Source of the DNA: Candidatus Latescibacterota bacterium
GTDB lineage: Bacteria > Latescibacterota > CBDEFO01
Direction of reading: 5' to 3'
Assembly (NCBI GenBank): GCA_965237525.1
Contig: CBDEFO010000008.1
Span: 512,001 to 576,000 of the forward strand
DNA: 64,000 bases
The notes beneath the pieces were generated by a model. That model saw only the letters and a program-made list of their open reading frames with translations. It was not told the DNA's origin and made no database searches. The position numbers and the translations under genes are program-made. How positions within the stretch are numbered: position 1 is the first letter of the stretch; the number at the start of each line of letters is the position of its first letter. Of this stretch, positions 1-9,764 are shown piece after piece.

Positions 1-96
1 CGACACCCCTACCGATTCCACAATCCTTTCGGCGGTGCTGCGATTTACCAGAAAGTGCTGACCTAATCTCTTCTTAGGGCGGAAAGCTACGGTCAT
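1..96 (-). CDS. rsmA: 16S rRNA adenine dimethyltransferase, N-terminus (runs off window)
   Basis: Manual translation MTVAFRPKKRLGQHFLVN matches the KsgA/RsmA N-terminal motif; ATGA overlap with tatD stop. Confidence 0.9.
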   Translation of the reverse strand, partial: MTVAFRPKKRLGQHFLVNRSTAERIVESVGVS

Positions 97-869
97 CCTC
101 CGTCATCCTCCAGTCCGAAGAGTCTTAACGCGTTATCTGTCGTTTTCCTTGCCACCTCCTCAAAGCTCAAGTCCATCTTGCGGGAGAGTTTCTCTGCTAC
201 ATAGAGGACGGACGAGGGCTCATTTCTTTCTCCTCTGATTCGCGATGGCGACTGATAGGGGCAGTCCGTCTCTAAAAGGACCCTGTCAAAGGGCATTCCC
301 GTCGCTACTTTCAAAGCCTTCGACTTTCTGTAAGTAATTGCTCCTCCGAACGAGGCGTAGAAATTCATCTCCACACCTCTTAATGCCATATCCAGACTCC
401 CCGAAAAACAGTGGAGCACTCCTCCGACCTCAGATGTACCCTCCTCCTTTAATATCGTCATCACCTCCCAATCAGCGTTCCTGTTGTGGACGATTAGGGG
501 GAGTCCCAGATCCCTGGCAAGATGGATCTGTATCTTGAACATATCTATTTGCATGTCTCTCGAGGAGTATTCTCTAAAAAAATCTAGTCCTATCTCTCCT
601 AAAGCCACAACCTTATTGTGGCTTGCTATCTCTCTCAGGCTCTCTATAAAGTTCTCCTTTGCGTACTGCGCATTATGAGGATGCACTCCCACAGTGGCAT
701 ACACGTTCTCATAATTCTCAGATATCTCTATCGTCTTTTTACTCGACTCAACATCCGTCCCGATGGATATTATTATCCCCACTTTCGCATCCAACGCCCG
801 TTTTATAACCTCGTCCCTGTCCTGGTCAAATTGGGGATAGTCTAAATGGGCATGAGTATCGATCAACAA
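93..869 (-). CDS. tatD: TatD family hydrolase
   Basis: DTHAH, GVHPH, GEIGLD, HCFSG and LLETDCPY motifs. Confidence 0.95.
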   Translation of the reverse strand: MLIDTHAHLDYPQFDQDRDEVIKRALDAKVGIIISIGTDVESSKKTIEISENYENVYATVGVHPHNAQYAKENFIESLREIASHNKVVALGEIGLDFFREYSSRDMQIDMFKIQIHLARDLGLPLIVHNRNADWEVMTILKEEGTSEVGGVLHCFSGSLDMALRGVEMNFYASFGGAITYRKSKALKVATGMPFDRVLLETDCPYQSPSRIRGERNEPSSVLYVAEKLSRKMDLSFEEVARKTTDNALRLFGLEDDGG

Positions 870-889
870 TAAATGTTCCCCGTAAGTTC

Positions 890-2776
890 CTAGGACACCT
901 TAGCCCCTGGCGCGATCTCCCCATCCACAGTCACCAGCTTAAGCTCACCTTCGCTCTGAGCCGCCAGGAGCATTCCTTCGGACGTTACTCCTCTGATCCT
1001 TGCGGGCTTTAAGTTTACAACTACAACGATATTCTTTCCGACCAATTCATCGGGTGAGTAATACTCGGCGATCCCTGCGACTAACTGTCTCTCTTGTCCT
1101 CCCAGCTCAATTTGGAGCTTTAGGAGCTTATCCGCTCCCTCGACTTTCTCCGCCGACTCGATCTTTGCCACCTTCAAATCCACTCTCCCAAACTCGGAAA
1201 TATCTATAGTTCCACTCTCCTCTTCCTTGACATCTGGCATCTCTTTCTTCTTGTCTATCTTGGGAAATATTGCCTCACCTTTTTTCACCTTGACACCCGA
1301 CCTTATTCCTCCCCATATTCTCAGGCTATCTATCTTCACATCCGAAATATCCTCGTCCATCCCAAGTTGATGCCATATCGTCGCACAGCGCTCTGGCATG
1401 ACCGGATGCAGTAGCACAGCTATGTATCTTATCGACTCTAAAAGGTCGTACAGGACGGCTTTTAGTTCCGCCTTTTTACCGGCATCCCTGGCTAGCCTGA
1501 AGGGCGCCTTAATCTCGATGAACCTGTTCGCCTCTCTAACTAACTCCCATATCCGGTCCAGCATAGAATTCAATCTGAGCCACCTTAAATCTTTCTCCGC
1601 GCCATCCACCACAGCCTTTGCCTTCTCCATAAGGCTGCTATCCCAACGCTTCCCGGCCTCTGGAACTATACCGTCCAGATACCTTTCCACCATTGCCAAC
1701 GTTCTGCTCACCAGATTGCCCAGATCGTTAGCCAGGTCGAAATTGTACCTGTCCACAAAACGATCGGATGAAAAATCTCCGTCCTGACCGAACGAGATCT
1801 CTCTTATCAGGAAGTACCTCAAAGCATCTGCTCCGAATTGGTCCGCCATTTCTAAAGGGTCTATCACTCTCCCCAAGCTCTTGCTCAACTTTTCCCCCTC
1901 GAAATTAACAAAACCGTGTCCGAAGATGCTCTTGGGGAGTTCTATCCCTGCGGACATCAACATAGCGGGCCATATTACACAGTGGAATCTCGTAATATCC
2001 TTCCCGATAATATGGACATCTGCAGGCCAGTACTTTTTGAAAAGACCGTCTTTCTCTTCCCTGTAGTCTAAAGCCGAGATATAATTTATCAGCGCTTCGG
2101 GCCAGACGTACACTACGTGCGACTCATCTATGGGGAACGGGATACCCCAATCTTGGGACGACCTTGAGACGCTTATGTCCTCAAGCCCTCCTTCTATCAA
2201 ACTTAATATCTCGTTCTTCCTTATCTCGGGAACTATGAAATTAGGATTCTCCTGGATATGCCTTTTGATCCTGTCTGCATACTTAGAAAGAGCGAAGAAA
2301 TAGTTACTCTCTTGAATCCAGGTCGGCTTTGTGCCGTGATTTGCACACTTGCCGTCCACCAGATCCTTATCCGTGTAGAACGCCTCGCACGACTCACAGT
2401 ACCACCCTTCATATTCCCCTATATATATATCCCCGTTGTCGTACATCTGCTGAAATAGCCTCTGGACTACTACTTTATGCCTCTTTTGGGTGGTCCTTAT
2501 AAAATCGTCGTACGAAATATTCAGCCTTTTCCATATCCTCTCGAAGATCCCAGCCATCCGGTCGCAGTACGCCTGCGGTTCCAGCCCCTCATTGAGCGCT
2601 TCCTTTTTCACATTTATACTGTGCTCATCGAGTCCCATCAAAAAATAGACGTCAGATCCAAATAGCCTTTTAAACCGGGCTATCACATCTGCGCATATTT
2701 TCTCGTAAGCCGTGCCTACGTGAGGCGTGCTGTTAGTATAGTCTATAGCTGCTGTTATGTAGAACTTATCTTTCAT
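890..2776 (-). CDS. metG: Methionine-tRNA ligase with C-terminal tRNA-binding domain
   Basis: HVGT (HIGH-like) and KLSKS motifs, Zn-knuckle cysteines, C-terminal OB fold ending in SEGMLL. Confidence 0.97.
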   Translation of the reverse strand: MKDKFYITAAIDYTNSTPHVGTAYEKICADVIARFKRLFGSDVYFLMGLDEHSINVKKEALNEGLEPQAYCDRMAGIFERIWKRLNISYDDFIRTTQKRHKVVVQRLFQQMYDNGDIYIGEYEGWYCESCEAFYTDKDLVDGKCANHGTKPTWIQESNYFFALSKYADRIKRHIQENPNFIVPEIRKNEILSLIEGGLEDISVSRSSQDWGIPFPIDESHVVYVWPEALINYISALDYREEKDGLFKKYWPADVHIIGKDITRFHCVIWPAMLMSAGIELPKSIFGHGFVNFEGEKLSKSLGRVIDPLEMADQFGADALRYFLIREISFGQDGDFSSDRFVDRYNFDLANDLGNLVSRTLAMVERYLDGIVPEAGKRWDSSLMEKAKAVVDGAEKDLRWLRLNSMLDRIWELVREANRFIEIKAPFRLARDAGKKAELKAVLYDLLESIRYIAVLLHPVMPERCATIWHQLGMDEDISDVKIDSLRIWGGIRSGVKVKKGEAIFPKIDKKKEMPDVKEEESGTIDISEFGRVDLKVAKIESAEKVEGADKLLKLQIELGGQERQLVAGIAEYYSPDELVGKNIVVVVNLKPARIRGVTSEGMLLAAQSEGELKLVTVDGEIAPGAKVS

Positions 2777-2785
2777 AAAACTTAT

Positions 2786-2825
2786 GCAAAGGGACTGACG
2801 GTTTCAAACTGTCAGTCCCCCTTGC
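2786..2825 (-). terminator. Strong hairpin just upstream of metG
   Basis: GGGACTGACGGTTT / AAACTGTCAGTCCC inverted repeat. Confidence 0.45.
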
Positions 2826-2982
2826 GTATCCTCCTTGTTTACATCAAGTTTTTGATCACCTCTTAGCGTTTATCTAAGATCTAAAAGTCCTGGCGGCTTT
2901 ATTGTTCGTCAAGTTCAAAGGACACCTCATCTTCAAACTCTCCATTTTCCCTCTCTTCTACTTGCGCTTTAGGTATGCGGCT

Positions 2983-3639
2983 TTATCCTTCCTGAGGAGG
3001 CTCTGGCGTTTGAGCAACTTCTGTTTGGGTCAGCAATTTTCGATAGACCGAAGCTGCAGCAATCAATGTCGTTGGGATAGTTGCGAACAGACCAATTAAC
3101 AATGCGAGTGCACCCAGTAAATTGATAGCTCCAAGTAATAACCCCAGGAGAAACAAATCCCACTTGACACCCTTTGTGATTGCAGAGCTTCTTTTTAGAG
3201 CTTCGATTGGTCCTACTCCCTCGTCAACAATAAAATAGCTATAGAAATAAAACTTGATGTTCCAGATAATACCAGGGATAATTAGCAAAATTGTCCCTCC
3301 AAGAATAATCAGCCCACAAAGAATTGAACCGAATAGAAACTTAAAAAATAAGGGGGAACAAGAGAAAAGATCAGCAAATTTACCCCTTTCTCCATCGCAA
3401 AATCTCAGGCTAATTCTGATTAATCCCATTGTTATTACCAACTGTAAAACCAAAAATGGGACCGTAATGATGGTGGATAAAAAAGGGCTTTCTTCTCCTA
3501 CCAATGCTTGGATAATTCCAGGAGCAAAACAAATCAATCCCACAACTATAAAAAGACCGATGAAAAAACCAAGATTGCTTTTCATCGTGGTCCATCCAAA
3601 CCGTACTGCCTCGCCCTTAGAAAACTTTTCTGTCGACAT
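2983..3639 (-). CDS. Integral membrane protein (DUF975-like)
   Basis: Several TM helices; LLIIPGII and EALKRS..ITKG..W motifs; lower GC than neighbours. Confidence 0.75.
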   Translation of the reverse strand: MSTEKFSKGEAVRFGWTTMKSNLGFFIGLFIVVGLICFAPGIIQALVGEESPFLSTIITVPFLVLQLVITMGLIRISLRFCDGERGKFADLFSCSPLFFKFLFGSILCGLIILGGTILLIIPGIIWNIKFYFYSYFIVDEGVGPIEALKRSSAITKGVKWDLFLLGLLLGAINLLGALALLIGLFATIPTTLIAAASVYRKLLTQTEVAQTPEPPQEG

Positions 3640-3679
3640 ATTTTATTCTCCTGCTTGACATTTTGCCGCAGCACTTTCT

Positions 3680-4510
3680 TTATTTAACTACCAAAGAAAC
3701 TTTTTCCAAAGGCTCCTTTGCAGGGGACTCTACCTCCTGCAGCGGCAAGAGTTGCTCAGTTCCATTCTCACTCCTTACACAGACACTGTCCTTGAAGATA
3801 TTGTAAGAGCACTCCTGGCACTTTCCGTGAACCGTATTCACTGTCGTTCCCATCCTTGGGAATCTCTGCTTGGCTTCTGTGTAGAATCCCAATTCGTATA
3901 GAAGACAGCATTTAAGCCTTCCACAACATCATAGGAGTTTGTTAAGACTGGAAGATAGATTTTGCTCTCTGGCGTATTGAGATGAGATAGGTTCAAACTC
4001 CCTCATAAAAGAGGAACAACACAGCCTCCTGCCGCACATACCGTACCCGTCTACCCTCTGGACGTGATCCCTTACGCCTATCTGTCTCATTTCAATTCTG
4101 GTCTTATATACCGATGCCAGATCTTTGACCAAGTCTCTGAAGTCTACTCTATTTTCCGCTGTAAAGAAGAAACACAGTTTGCTTCTATCGAACTGGTACT
4201 CCGCGTCGATCAAATCCATTTCCAAGCGACGCTCCATAGCCCTTACCTTGCAATCAGAAAGAGCATCTTCCTCTTTTTTTGTCTTTTCTTCAAGCTGAGC
4301 GATCTCATCCTCTTAGGCCTTCCTCAGTATCCTCTTTGGCTTTTCAGGTCTGTTCCGGAGAATACTAACGGGGTAGGCCACTCTTCCGAGACCTTGGCCT
4401 CTGTCGGCCTCAACTATTACAAAATCGCCCTGCTCAAGCTCCAATCCGCTCGGACTTGAGAACATCTCCTTCCGTTTAGGTTTGAACTCTATCTCATATA
4501 TATCTAACAT
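3680..4510 (-). pseudogene. ricT: PSP1/RicT (YaaT) family gene with two in-frame stops
   Basis: One continuous 277-codon frame with RVDFRDLV, CGRRLCC and CGRLKCC motifs, interrupted by TAA at 4313-4315 and TGA at 3929-3931. Confidence 0.85.
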
Positions 4511-4550
4511 CTTATACCTTTTGTTTCCATGCTTTTGGCTGTATCCACAA

Positions 4551-5630
4551 CTATGCGGTCTTAGCTGCACTATCCCTAATCTCTTTATAGAGCGACAGCA
4601 TAATTAGCTGTAGATTGACATTACGCGACATCATTTCAAAAGATGCTTCGATCTTGGCAGCGAGTCTTTCTAAAAGGTTCATTTGGAGAACTCTCGAAAG
4701 GTTTTCTAAATCTTCTAAGCGCCCCAAATTAGTCACTCTATCGTTTAAGCCCTCACTGTAGAGAAAGATATCCTTTAGCCAGATCAGCATCATCTTTAGG
4801 GTTCGCTGCACATTCTCCCGTGCCCCTCTTACCGCAGAATTTTCTATTATGTTCAGAATCTTCAGCTCATCTTTCAGAATGGAGGCGCTTATAAAGTCAA
4901 GAGCGGCATTCAGTTCCTCATCTAGATTCCCGGACGCCCACTGGTTTGCCCTTGTCAAGCTACCATCTGCTATGGAAGAGACCAACCTTGCCTGTTTCTG
5001 GTCGAGGCCCATCTTTTCTATCAACCCTTTTTCAACTTCTCCATCCCTGAGCAGCTCTAGGTTTAACTTCTGGCATCTGGAAAGGACAGCAGGCAGCATC
5101 GAGTCGGGCTTCGACGTGGTTAAGATCAAGAGAGCATCCGTTCGCGGCTCCTCTAAAGTCTTCAGAAGGGCGCTTGCGGCCTCTGCCTTCATCTTGTCCG
5201 CCTCTAATATGACAATCACCTTCTTTTTCCCCTCAAACGCACCGTAGTTTATGTCCCTTTCTACCTGTCTGACTCTATCTATCGACACAGAGGGGTTTCC
5301 ACCCTGTTCTCCCATAAGGTAGGGGTCTTGAGTCATACTCAAAAGAGCTTTTCTCTCGTCCTCAGTATCCTTATCGGACGTTAAAGGCAGGATGAATTTC
5401 ACATCAGGGTGATTAAGTGATGCAACCTTCCTGCACGATCTACACTCGTCGCACGCATCCGAATGTAGAGTCTCACAATTTACAGCCTTGGCAAGCTCAA
5501 ACGCTAAAGCCCTCTTCCCCACACCCTCAGATCCGCAGAAAAGGAGAGCGTGCGCAAGCCTTTTCTCCTCCAGCGCGCTCTTTAGGATCTTTTTTACTCT
5601 GTCCTGGCCGATGACGTTATCAAAAGACAT
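4551..5630 (-). CDS. holB: DNA polymerase III delta-prime subunit
   Basis: HALLF.G..GVGK, C..C.SC zinc site, HPD, LLKTLEEP and SRC motifs. Confidence 0.93.
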   Translation of the reverse strand: MSFDNVIGQDRVKKILKSALEEKRLAHALLFCGSEGVGKRALAFELAKAVNCETLHSDACDECRSCRKVASLNHPDVKFILPLTSDKDTEDERKALLSMTQDPYLMGEQGGNPSVSIDRVRQVERDINYGAFEGKKKVIVILEADKMKAEAASALLKTLEEPRTDALLILTTSKPDSMLPAVLSRCQKLNLELLRDGEVEKGLIEKMGLDQKQARLVSSIADGSLTRANQWASGNLDEELNAALDFISASILKDELKILNIIENSAVRGARENVQRTLKMMLIWLKDIFLYSEGLNDRVTNLGRLEDLENLSRVLQMNLLERLAAKIEASFEMMSRNVNLQLIMLSLYKEIRDSAAKTA

Positions 5631-5708
5631 CTTATTTCAATTTGCCTTTTAGGTCCTGAAACATTATCAAGATAATGACAAAAGCTTAATATTGTCAAGA
5701 TGTTTTGC

Positions 5709-6566
5709 TCAAGTTCCGCTATTATCCTGATCGAAAAACTCTATTAACTTAGCGATAGTATCCTTCATCTTGCCTCTGTGCACTATCATATCTAAGAATC
5801 CGTGTTCAAGCACAGACTCCGACAACTGGAATCCCTCTGGCAGTTCCTCTATATTCAGCGACTGCATGATAACCCTCGGCCCTGCAAAGCCTATAAGGGA
5901 CTTGGGTTCGGCTATTATGATGTCTCCGAGCATTCCGAAGCTTGCCGACACGCCTCCTGTCGTCGGATTTGTCAATAGGGAAATGTAGGGTATCCCTTCG
6001 TCAGACAACTGATGCAGTTTGGCACACACCTTGGCCATCTGCATAAGCGCAAGAGCGCTCTCCTGCATCCTTGCTCCACCAGATTGACATACGATAATCA
6101 ACGGTATTTTCTCCACCTTAGCCCTATCTATCAGCCTTGCCAACTTCTCCCCCATAGCAGAATCCAGACTCCCCATTATGAACCGCTGATCTAAAACTCC
6201 TAAAGCCGTCTTATTGCCCTCTATTGTTCCTATCCCCGTCCTCACAGCGGCCTTTAGACCAGTTTTTTCTCTTCCGTCCTTGATCCTGTCGGTGTAGCGC
6301 TTATTATCTTTGAACTTCAAAGGGTCTGCAGATCCTACCTCCGAGTTAATGTCCTCAAAACTTCCTTCATCCATCAAAAGCTCTACGTAGACCTCGTGAC
6401 CCGCCTGAAAGTGATAATTGCACTGCGGACAGACCCAGAACCCTTTCTCAAGGTCTTTTCTATAGATCGTATTTTCACACCCGTCGCACTTAATCCATAT
6501 ATCCTCGGGTATCCCCCTCTTTATCCTTGTCTTAATCCCCTTTTTTATCTTATCGAACCAGTTCAT
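5709..6566 (-). CDS. accD: Acetyl-CoA carboxylase carboxyltransferase beta subunit
   Basis: W.KC..C...CP.C zinc finger, SGGARMQE, PTTGGVSAS, GFAGPRVI. Confidence 0.95.
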   Translation of the reverse strand: MNWFDKIKKGIKTRIKRGIPEDIWIKCDGCENTIYRKDLEKGFWVCPQCNYHFQAGHEVYVELLMDEGSFEDINSEVGSADPLKFKDNKRYTDRIKDGREKTGLKAAVRTGIGTIEGNKTALGVLDQRFIMGSLDSAMGEKLARLIDRAKVEKIPLIIVCQSGGARMQESALALMQMAKVCAKLHQLSDEGIPYISLLTNPTTGGVSASFGMLGDIIIAEPKSLIGFAGPRVIMQSLNIEELPEGFQLSESVLEHGFLDMIVHRGKMKDTIAKLIEFFDQDNSGT

Positions 6567-6587
6567 ATTTCTCCTTTAGTTGATCTG

Positions 6588-7394
6588 CTATACGCAATCT
6601 ACTAGCCCCGTTAGAAAGTCCGACATCTTCTGTTTAAATCTTTCAGAAACCGCTATAACTCCGGAATGATCCAGACTGTCTGGGCGATTTCCAAAGGTCA
6701 GATTAGATATGAAAGAGACGCCTAGGACGTCCATACTCTGTTCTTTTGCCGCTTTAACCTCAGGTATAGTGGACATCGTCACAGCGTCAACCCCTATCCG
6801 TCTTGCCATCTCCAGTTCAGCTGGTGTCTCATAAGAAGGGCCCAACATGCCCAGAAGGACACCTTCCTTTAGCGAGATCCCGTGCCTTTGTGCCGCTTGG
6901 TATGCCCTCTTTCGAAGTTTCATCGAGCAGTAGCTTTCCCCTCCCGAACTGAGGAAACTTAGCCTTCTCCTTTCCAGCATAAACGTCCCCACGTGATCTG
7001 AGATAAGCATAAGATCACCTACGCGAAACGCTTTGTTTATCCCACCTGAAGCGTTCGTAACTACAAGGTTCTTCACACCCAAAGTCCCTATTGCTCTGAT
7101 CGGGAAAGTCACCTCGTCCCAGTCGAGACCCTCATAGAGGTGCGCCCTCCCCGACATAACTAGGCACCTTTTACCCGAAACTGAACCCAGGTACAACATC
7201 CCTTCGTGGCCCTGGACACGGCAGTTCCAAAAATGAGGGATCTTGCTGTACGAAATGGAAAGATCGAACTTGAAAGACTCCGCAAAGACTCTCCATCCTG
7301 ATCCCAACACAACCCCGGTTTTCGCCCCCGTAAAGCCCTGTCCCCTGAGGAATTCGGAGGTTTCTATAACAGTGTCTATGGTACTTTTACTCAA
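6588..7394 (-). CDS. punA: Purine nucleoside phosphorylase (trimeric type)
   Basis: VVLGSG, GRAHLYEG, TNASGG, GPSYETPAE, MSTIPEV. Confidence 0.9.
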   Translation of the reverse strand: MSKSTIDTVIETSEFLRGQGFTGAKTGVVLGSGWRVFAESFKFDLSISYSKIPHFWNCRVQGHEGMLYLGSVSGKRCLVMSGRAHLYEGLDWDEVTFPIRAIGTLGVKNLVVTNASGGINKAFRVGDLMLISDHVGTFMLERRRLSFLSSGGESYCSMKLRKRAYQAAQRHGISLKEGVLLGMLGPSYETPAELEMARRIGVDAVTMSTIPEVKAAKEQSMDVLGVSFISNLTFGNRPDSLDHSGVIAVSERFKQKMSDFLTGLVDCV

Positions 7395-7885
7395 ATAAAC
7401 TTCACCATCACCAGAGAGTCTTCGACAGGATTCCTGTAATAGTTGTCCCTTATTGCAACTCCCGCGAAGCCGTATTTATTATAAAGAGAAGTAGCTTTAT
7501 CGTTGGACATCCTCACCTCTAAAGTCACCATCTTGGATCCCTCTTTTTGTACCCTTTCTAAGATCCACTCTAAAAGGGCACTGCCAAGACCCTTTCCCCT
7601 TTTGTCTCTTGCGACAGCGAAATTTGCCAGGTGAAATTCATCGTTTACGAAGAGGCCCGCAGCGTACGCCGCGATGTTCCTGTTGAACGTTCCCACAACA
7701 GCCAACACGTTCTTATCTTTTAACAACAGTTTAAAATCGTCTTCCCTCCAGGGACTTCCGAAGGAATCCATTTCAATAACCATAATCTCATCTATATGCT
7801 TTTTCCCCATCGGGATAATCTTGAAAACCTCAAAACCCAACTTACTTTCATCTTGACGATCAGATTTGGTGGCGGCATCAGACAT
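7391..7885 (-). CDS. rimI: Ribosomal protein alanine N-acetyltransferase
   Basis: GNAT fold with LEVR.SN and R.NYY..P.ED motifs; adjacent to tsaB. Confidence 0.9.
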   Translation of the reverse strand: MSDAATKSDRQDESKLGFEVFKIIPMGKKHIDEIMVIEMDSFGSPWREDDFKLLLKDKNVLAVVGTFNRNIAAYAAGLFVNDEFHLANFAVARDKRGKGLGSALLEWILERVQKEGSKMVTLEVRMSNDKATSLYNKYGFAGVAIRDNYYRNPVEDSLVMVKFI

Positions 7886-8033
7886 GCAGATTTCACCTCT
7901 ATCCTAAAGCGTGGGCACCTAAATAAGTAGTGAGTAGACAGGCCCCCTCCTGCCGTCCCTCAGACCGCCTCTCTCTTAATGCTGTCGATACCTTATATCT
8001 CTATAGTCTTGTCGCGACTATTTTGACAAATCC

Positions 8034-8711
8034 TTAGATACCCAATTGGGTCTCCGATTTCCTCAGATAAACAGGCTGAACGCTGTAAAGATCAGTTACC
8101 TCTTCTGCTTCAAGCTTTTCAAGACCCAATCTTGCCACCGCGCCCGCAGAGGGCGTGAAAAGCTCCTTCGGAGCAAAATGGGCATCTTTCCCCAACGCCG
8201 AGACGATCTCATCCCTGTAGAGCATTGCTCCGTTTCCCAAAAATACCGTGGGCCTCTCAATACGCTTCAACATATTGTCAGGGGAAACCACAATAGGCTC
8301 CCACAACCTCCTCAGACTCCCATTGGGGGCTTCGTAAAGACAGGCATAGACCTCCTTCTTCCTCGCATCCAGAGTCGGGCACACGTGGTAGCTCGAGAAA
8401 GGTACCCTCCACGCAAAAGCGTCCAGAGTCGAAACAGCCACAAGTGGACATCCGCACCCAAAACATAGCCCCTTAGCCACGCTCAGACCTATCCTCAAGC
8501 CTGTAAAAGACCCTGGTCCTATAGAGATAGCTATCCCATTCAGTTCGCCTGCAGATATATCTCCATCCTTCAAAACAGACTCTATCATCAAAGCCAATCT
8601 CTCCGCGTGAGTCGTCCCTGAGTCCAACGTACGCTCTGCGATCAACCTCGACTCATCCAGAAGAGCCACACTGCAAATGGGTGTCGCTGTCTCAATTGCC
8701 AGTACTATCAC
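8034..8711 (-). CDS. tsaB: tRNA threonylcarbamoyladenosine biosynthesis protein TsaB
   Basis: LAIETAT, GPGSFTGLRIG, DARKKEVY, P.YLR. Confidence 0.95.
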   Translation of the reverse strand: MIVLAIETATPICSVALLDESRLIAERTLDSGTTHAERLALMIESVLKDGDISAGELNGIAISIGPGSFTGLRIGLSVAKGLCFGCGCPLVAVSTLDAFAWRVPFSSYHVCPTLDARKKEVYACLYEAPNGSLRRLWEPIVVSPDNMLKRIERPTVFLGNGAMLYRDEIVSALGKDAHFAPKELFTPSAGAVARLGLEKLEAEEVTDLYSVQPVYLRKSETQLGI

Positions 8712-8811
8712 GACTTTTCCTCTGAATTTAAGTATCGGGTCAAAATAGTCTGGACAAGATTATAGAGATCCAAAATAGTACACAGCATACAAGGGAGTAA
8801 GGCACCCTGTC

Positions 8812-8911
8812 TACTAACGTTGGACCCATACCCAAATGGCCAAAGCAGTGCGAGGCCATTGCCGTCAGGGCCAAGGAGCGAAGCGACGTAGCGGGTATGG
8901 AGTTGTTAAAT
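8812..8911 (-). mobile_element. attC-like integron cassette recombination site
   Basis: On the minus strand: ATTTAAC (R'') ... CCATACC/GGTATGG inverted arms ... GTTAGTA (R'); a complementary GTTAAAT lies upstream of the gene at 9545-9539. Confidence 0.7.
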
Positions 8912-8939
8912 GTAGGTTCATAGTTTTAGCATCGTAGTT

Positions 8940-9497
8940 TCAAGATTTTAAAGGCTCCCATTCGTCTCTCAATAGGCCATATAAATACATATCGTATCTC
9001 TGTCCATCACGTTCTACAAACTTCCTAAATACCCCTTCTTTCTGAAAACCTACTTTTTCATATAGGGCAATTGCACGAGGGTTATATTCAAAGACCGTTA
9101 ATTGAAGTCTGTAGAGATTTAATTCGTTGAAGGCATATTGAATGATAAGGTATGTGGCTTCTGTACCATAGCCTTTGCCCCAATTATCCGGTTCGCCAAT
9201 GCCAATTCCCAAATAGGCCACGCGATTAGGCCACGCGATGCCCGTTATCCCGGTAACTCCTATGAGTTCGTCTTGGTTGTGCAGTCTTATGGCAAACGTA
9301 AGTTCACGGTCAGTCTTTCCTGCCTCATCAATCCACTCATTGAGACTTACTTCGCTGCGCTCAATCAATGGATTTGAATTCCATAATCGCAAAAAGCGTG
9401 TATCTTCTCTCCATTTAAGAATAGTAGGTACATCACTTTTTCTTAAACCTGTCAGTCTGATGTTCTCTCCAGCCAACAGATTTTCTTGAATTACCAT
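8940..9497 (-). CDS. GNAT/RimL-type N-acetyltransferase (cassette gene)
   Basis: WGKGYGTEA, N.RAI.LYEKVGF..EG; AT-rich relative to flanks. Confidence 0.9.
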   Translation of the reverse strand: MVIQENLLAGENIRLTGLRKSDVPTILKWREDTRFLRLWNSNPLIERSEVSLNEWIDEAGKTDRELTFAIRLHNQDELIGVTGITGIAWPNRVAYLGIGIGEPDNWGKGYGTEATYLIIQYAFNELNLYRLQLTVFEYNPRAIALYEKVGFQKEGVFRKFVERDGQRYDMYLYGLLRDEWEPLKS

Positions 9498-9764
9498 TAC
9501 ATTGCACTCCTAAACATCAATATCAATAATGAACTTTCATTTAACTGTAGATATGCGACAAGTTTTGTCGAGCTACTTATAGGGATATCAATATAGATTC
9601 TCTTCAAGTTATGTGGCTACTTCTTTCTTGACTTCATAATTAGACAGCATAGTCGGCCGAGCTATTAAAAGACCGGCTATGGTAACTCCTGCTGACAAGA
9701 GCAAAGCAGTGCACATCAGTCAGTATCTCTCTTCTTCCAGAAAGTATATCCGTACAAGATTCGG

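Noticed and set aside
3929..3931. TGA recoding (Gly, code 25, or selenocysteine)
   Set aside because: TGA terminates tatD, accD, rimI and ruvC; the same gene also has an in-frame TAA; the position aligns to Gly, not Cys
7895..7985. SAM-I riboswitch-like words upstream of rimI
   Set aside because: GAGGGAC-GGC and GGTGCC are present, but the GCAACC and AUC/GAU P1 elements are missing
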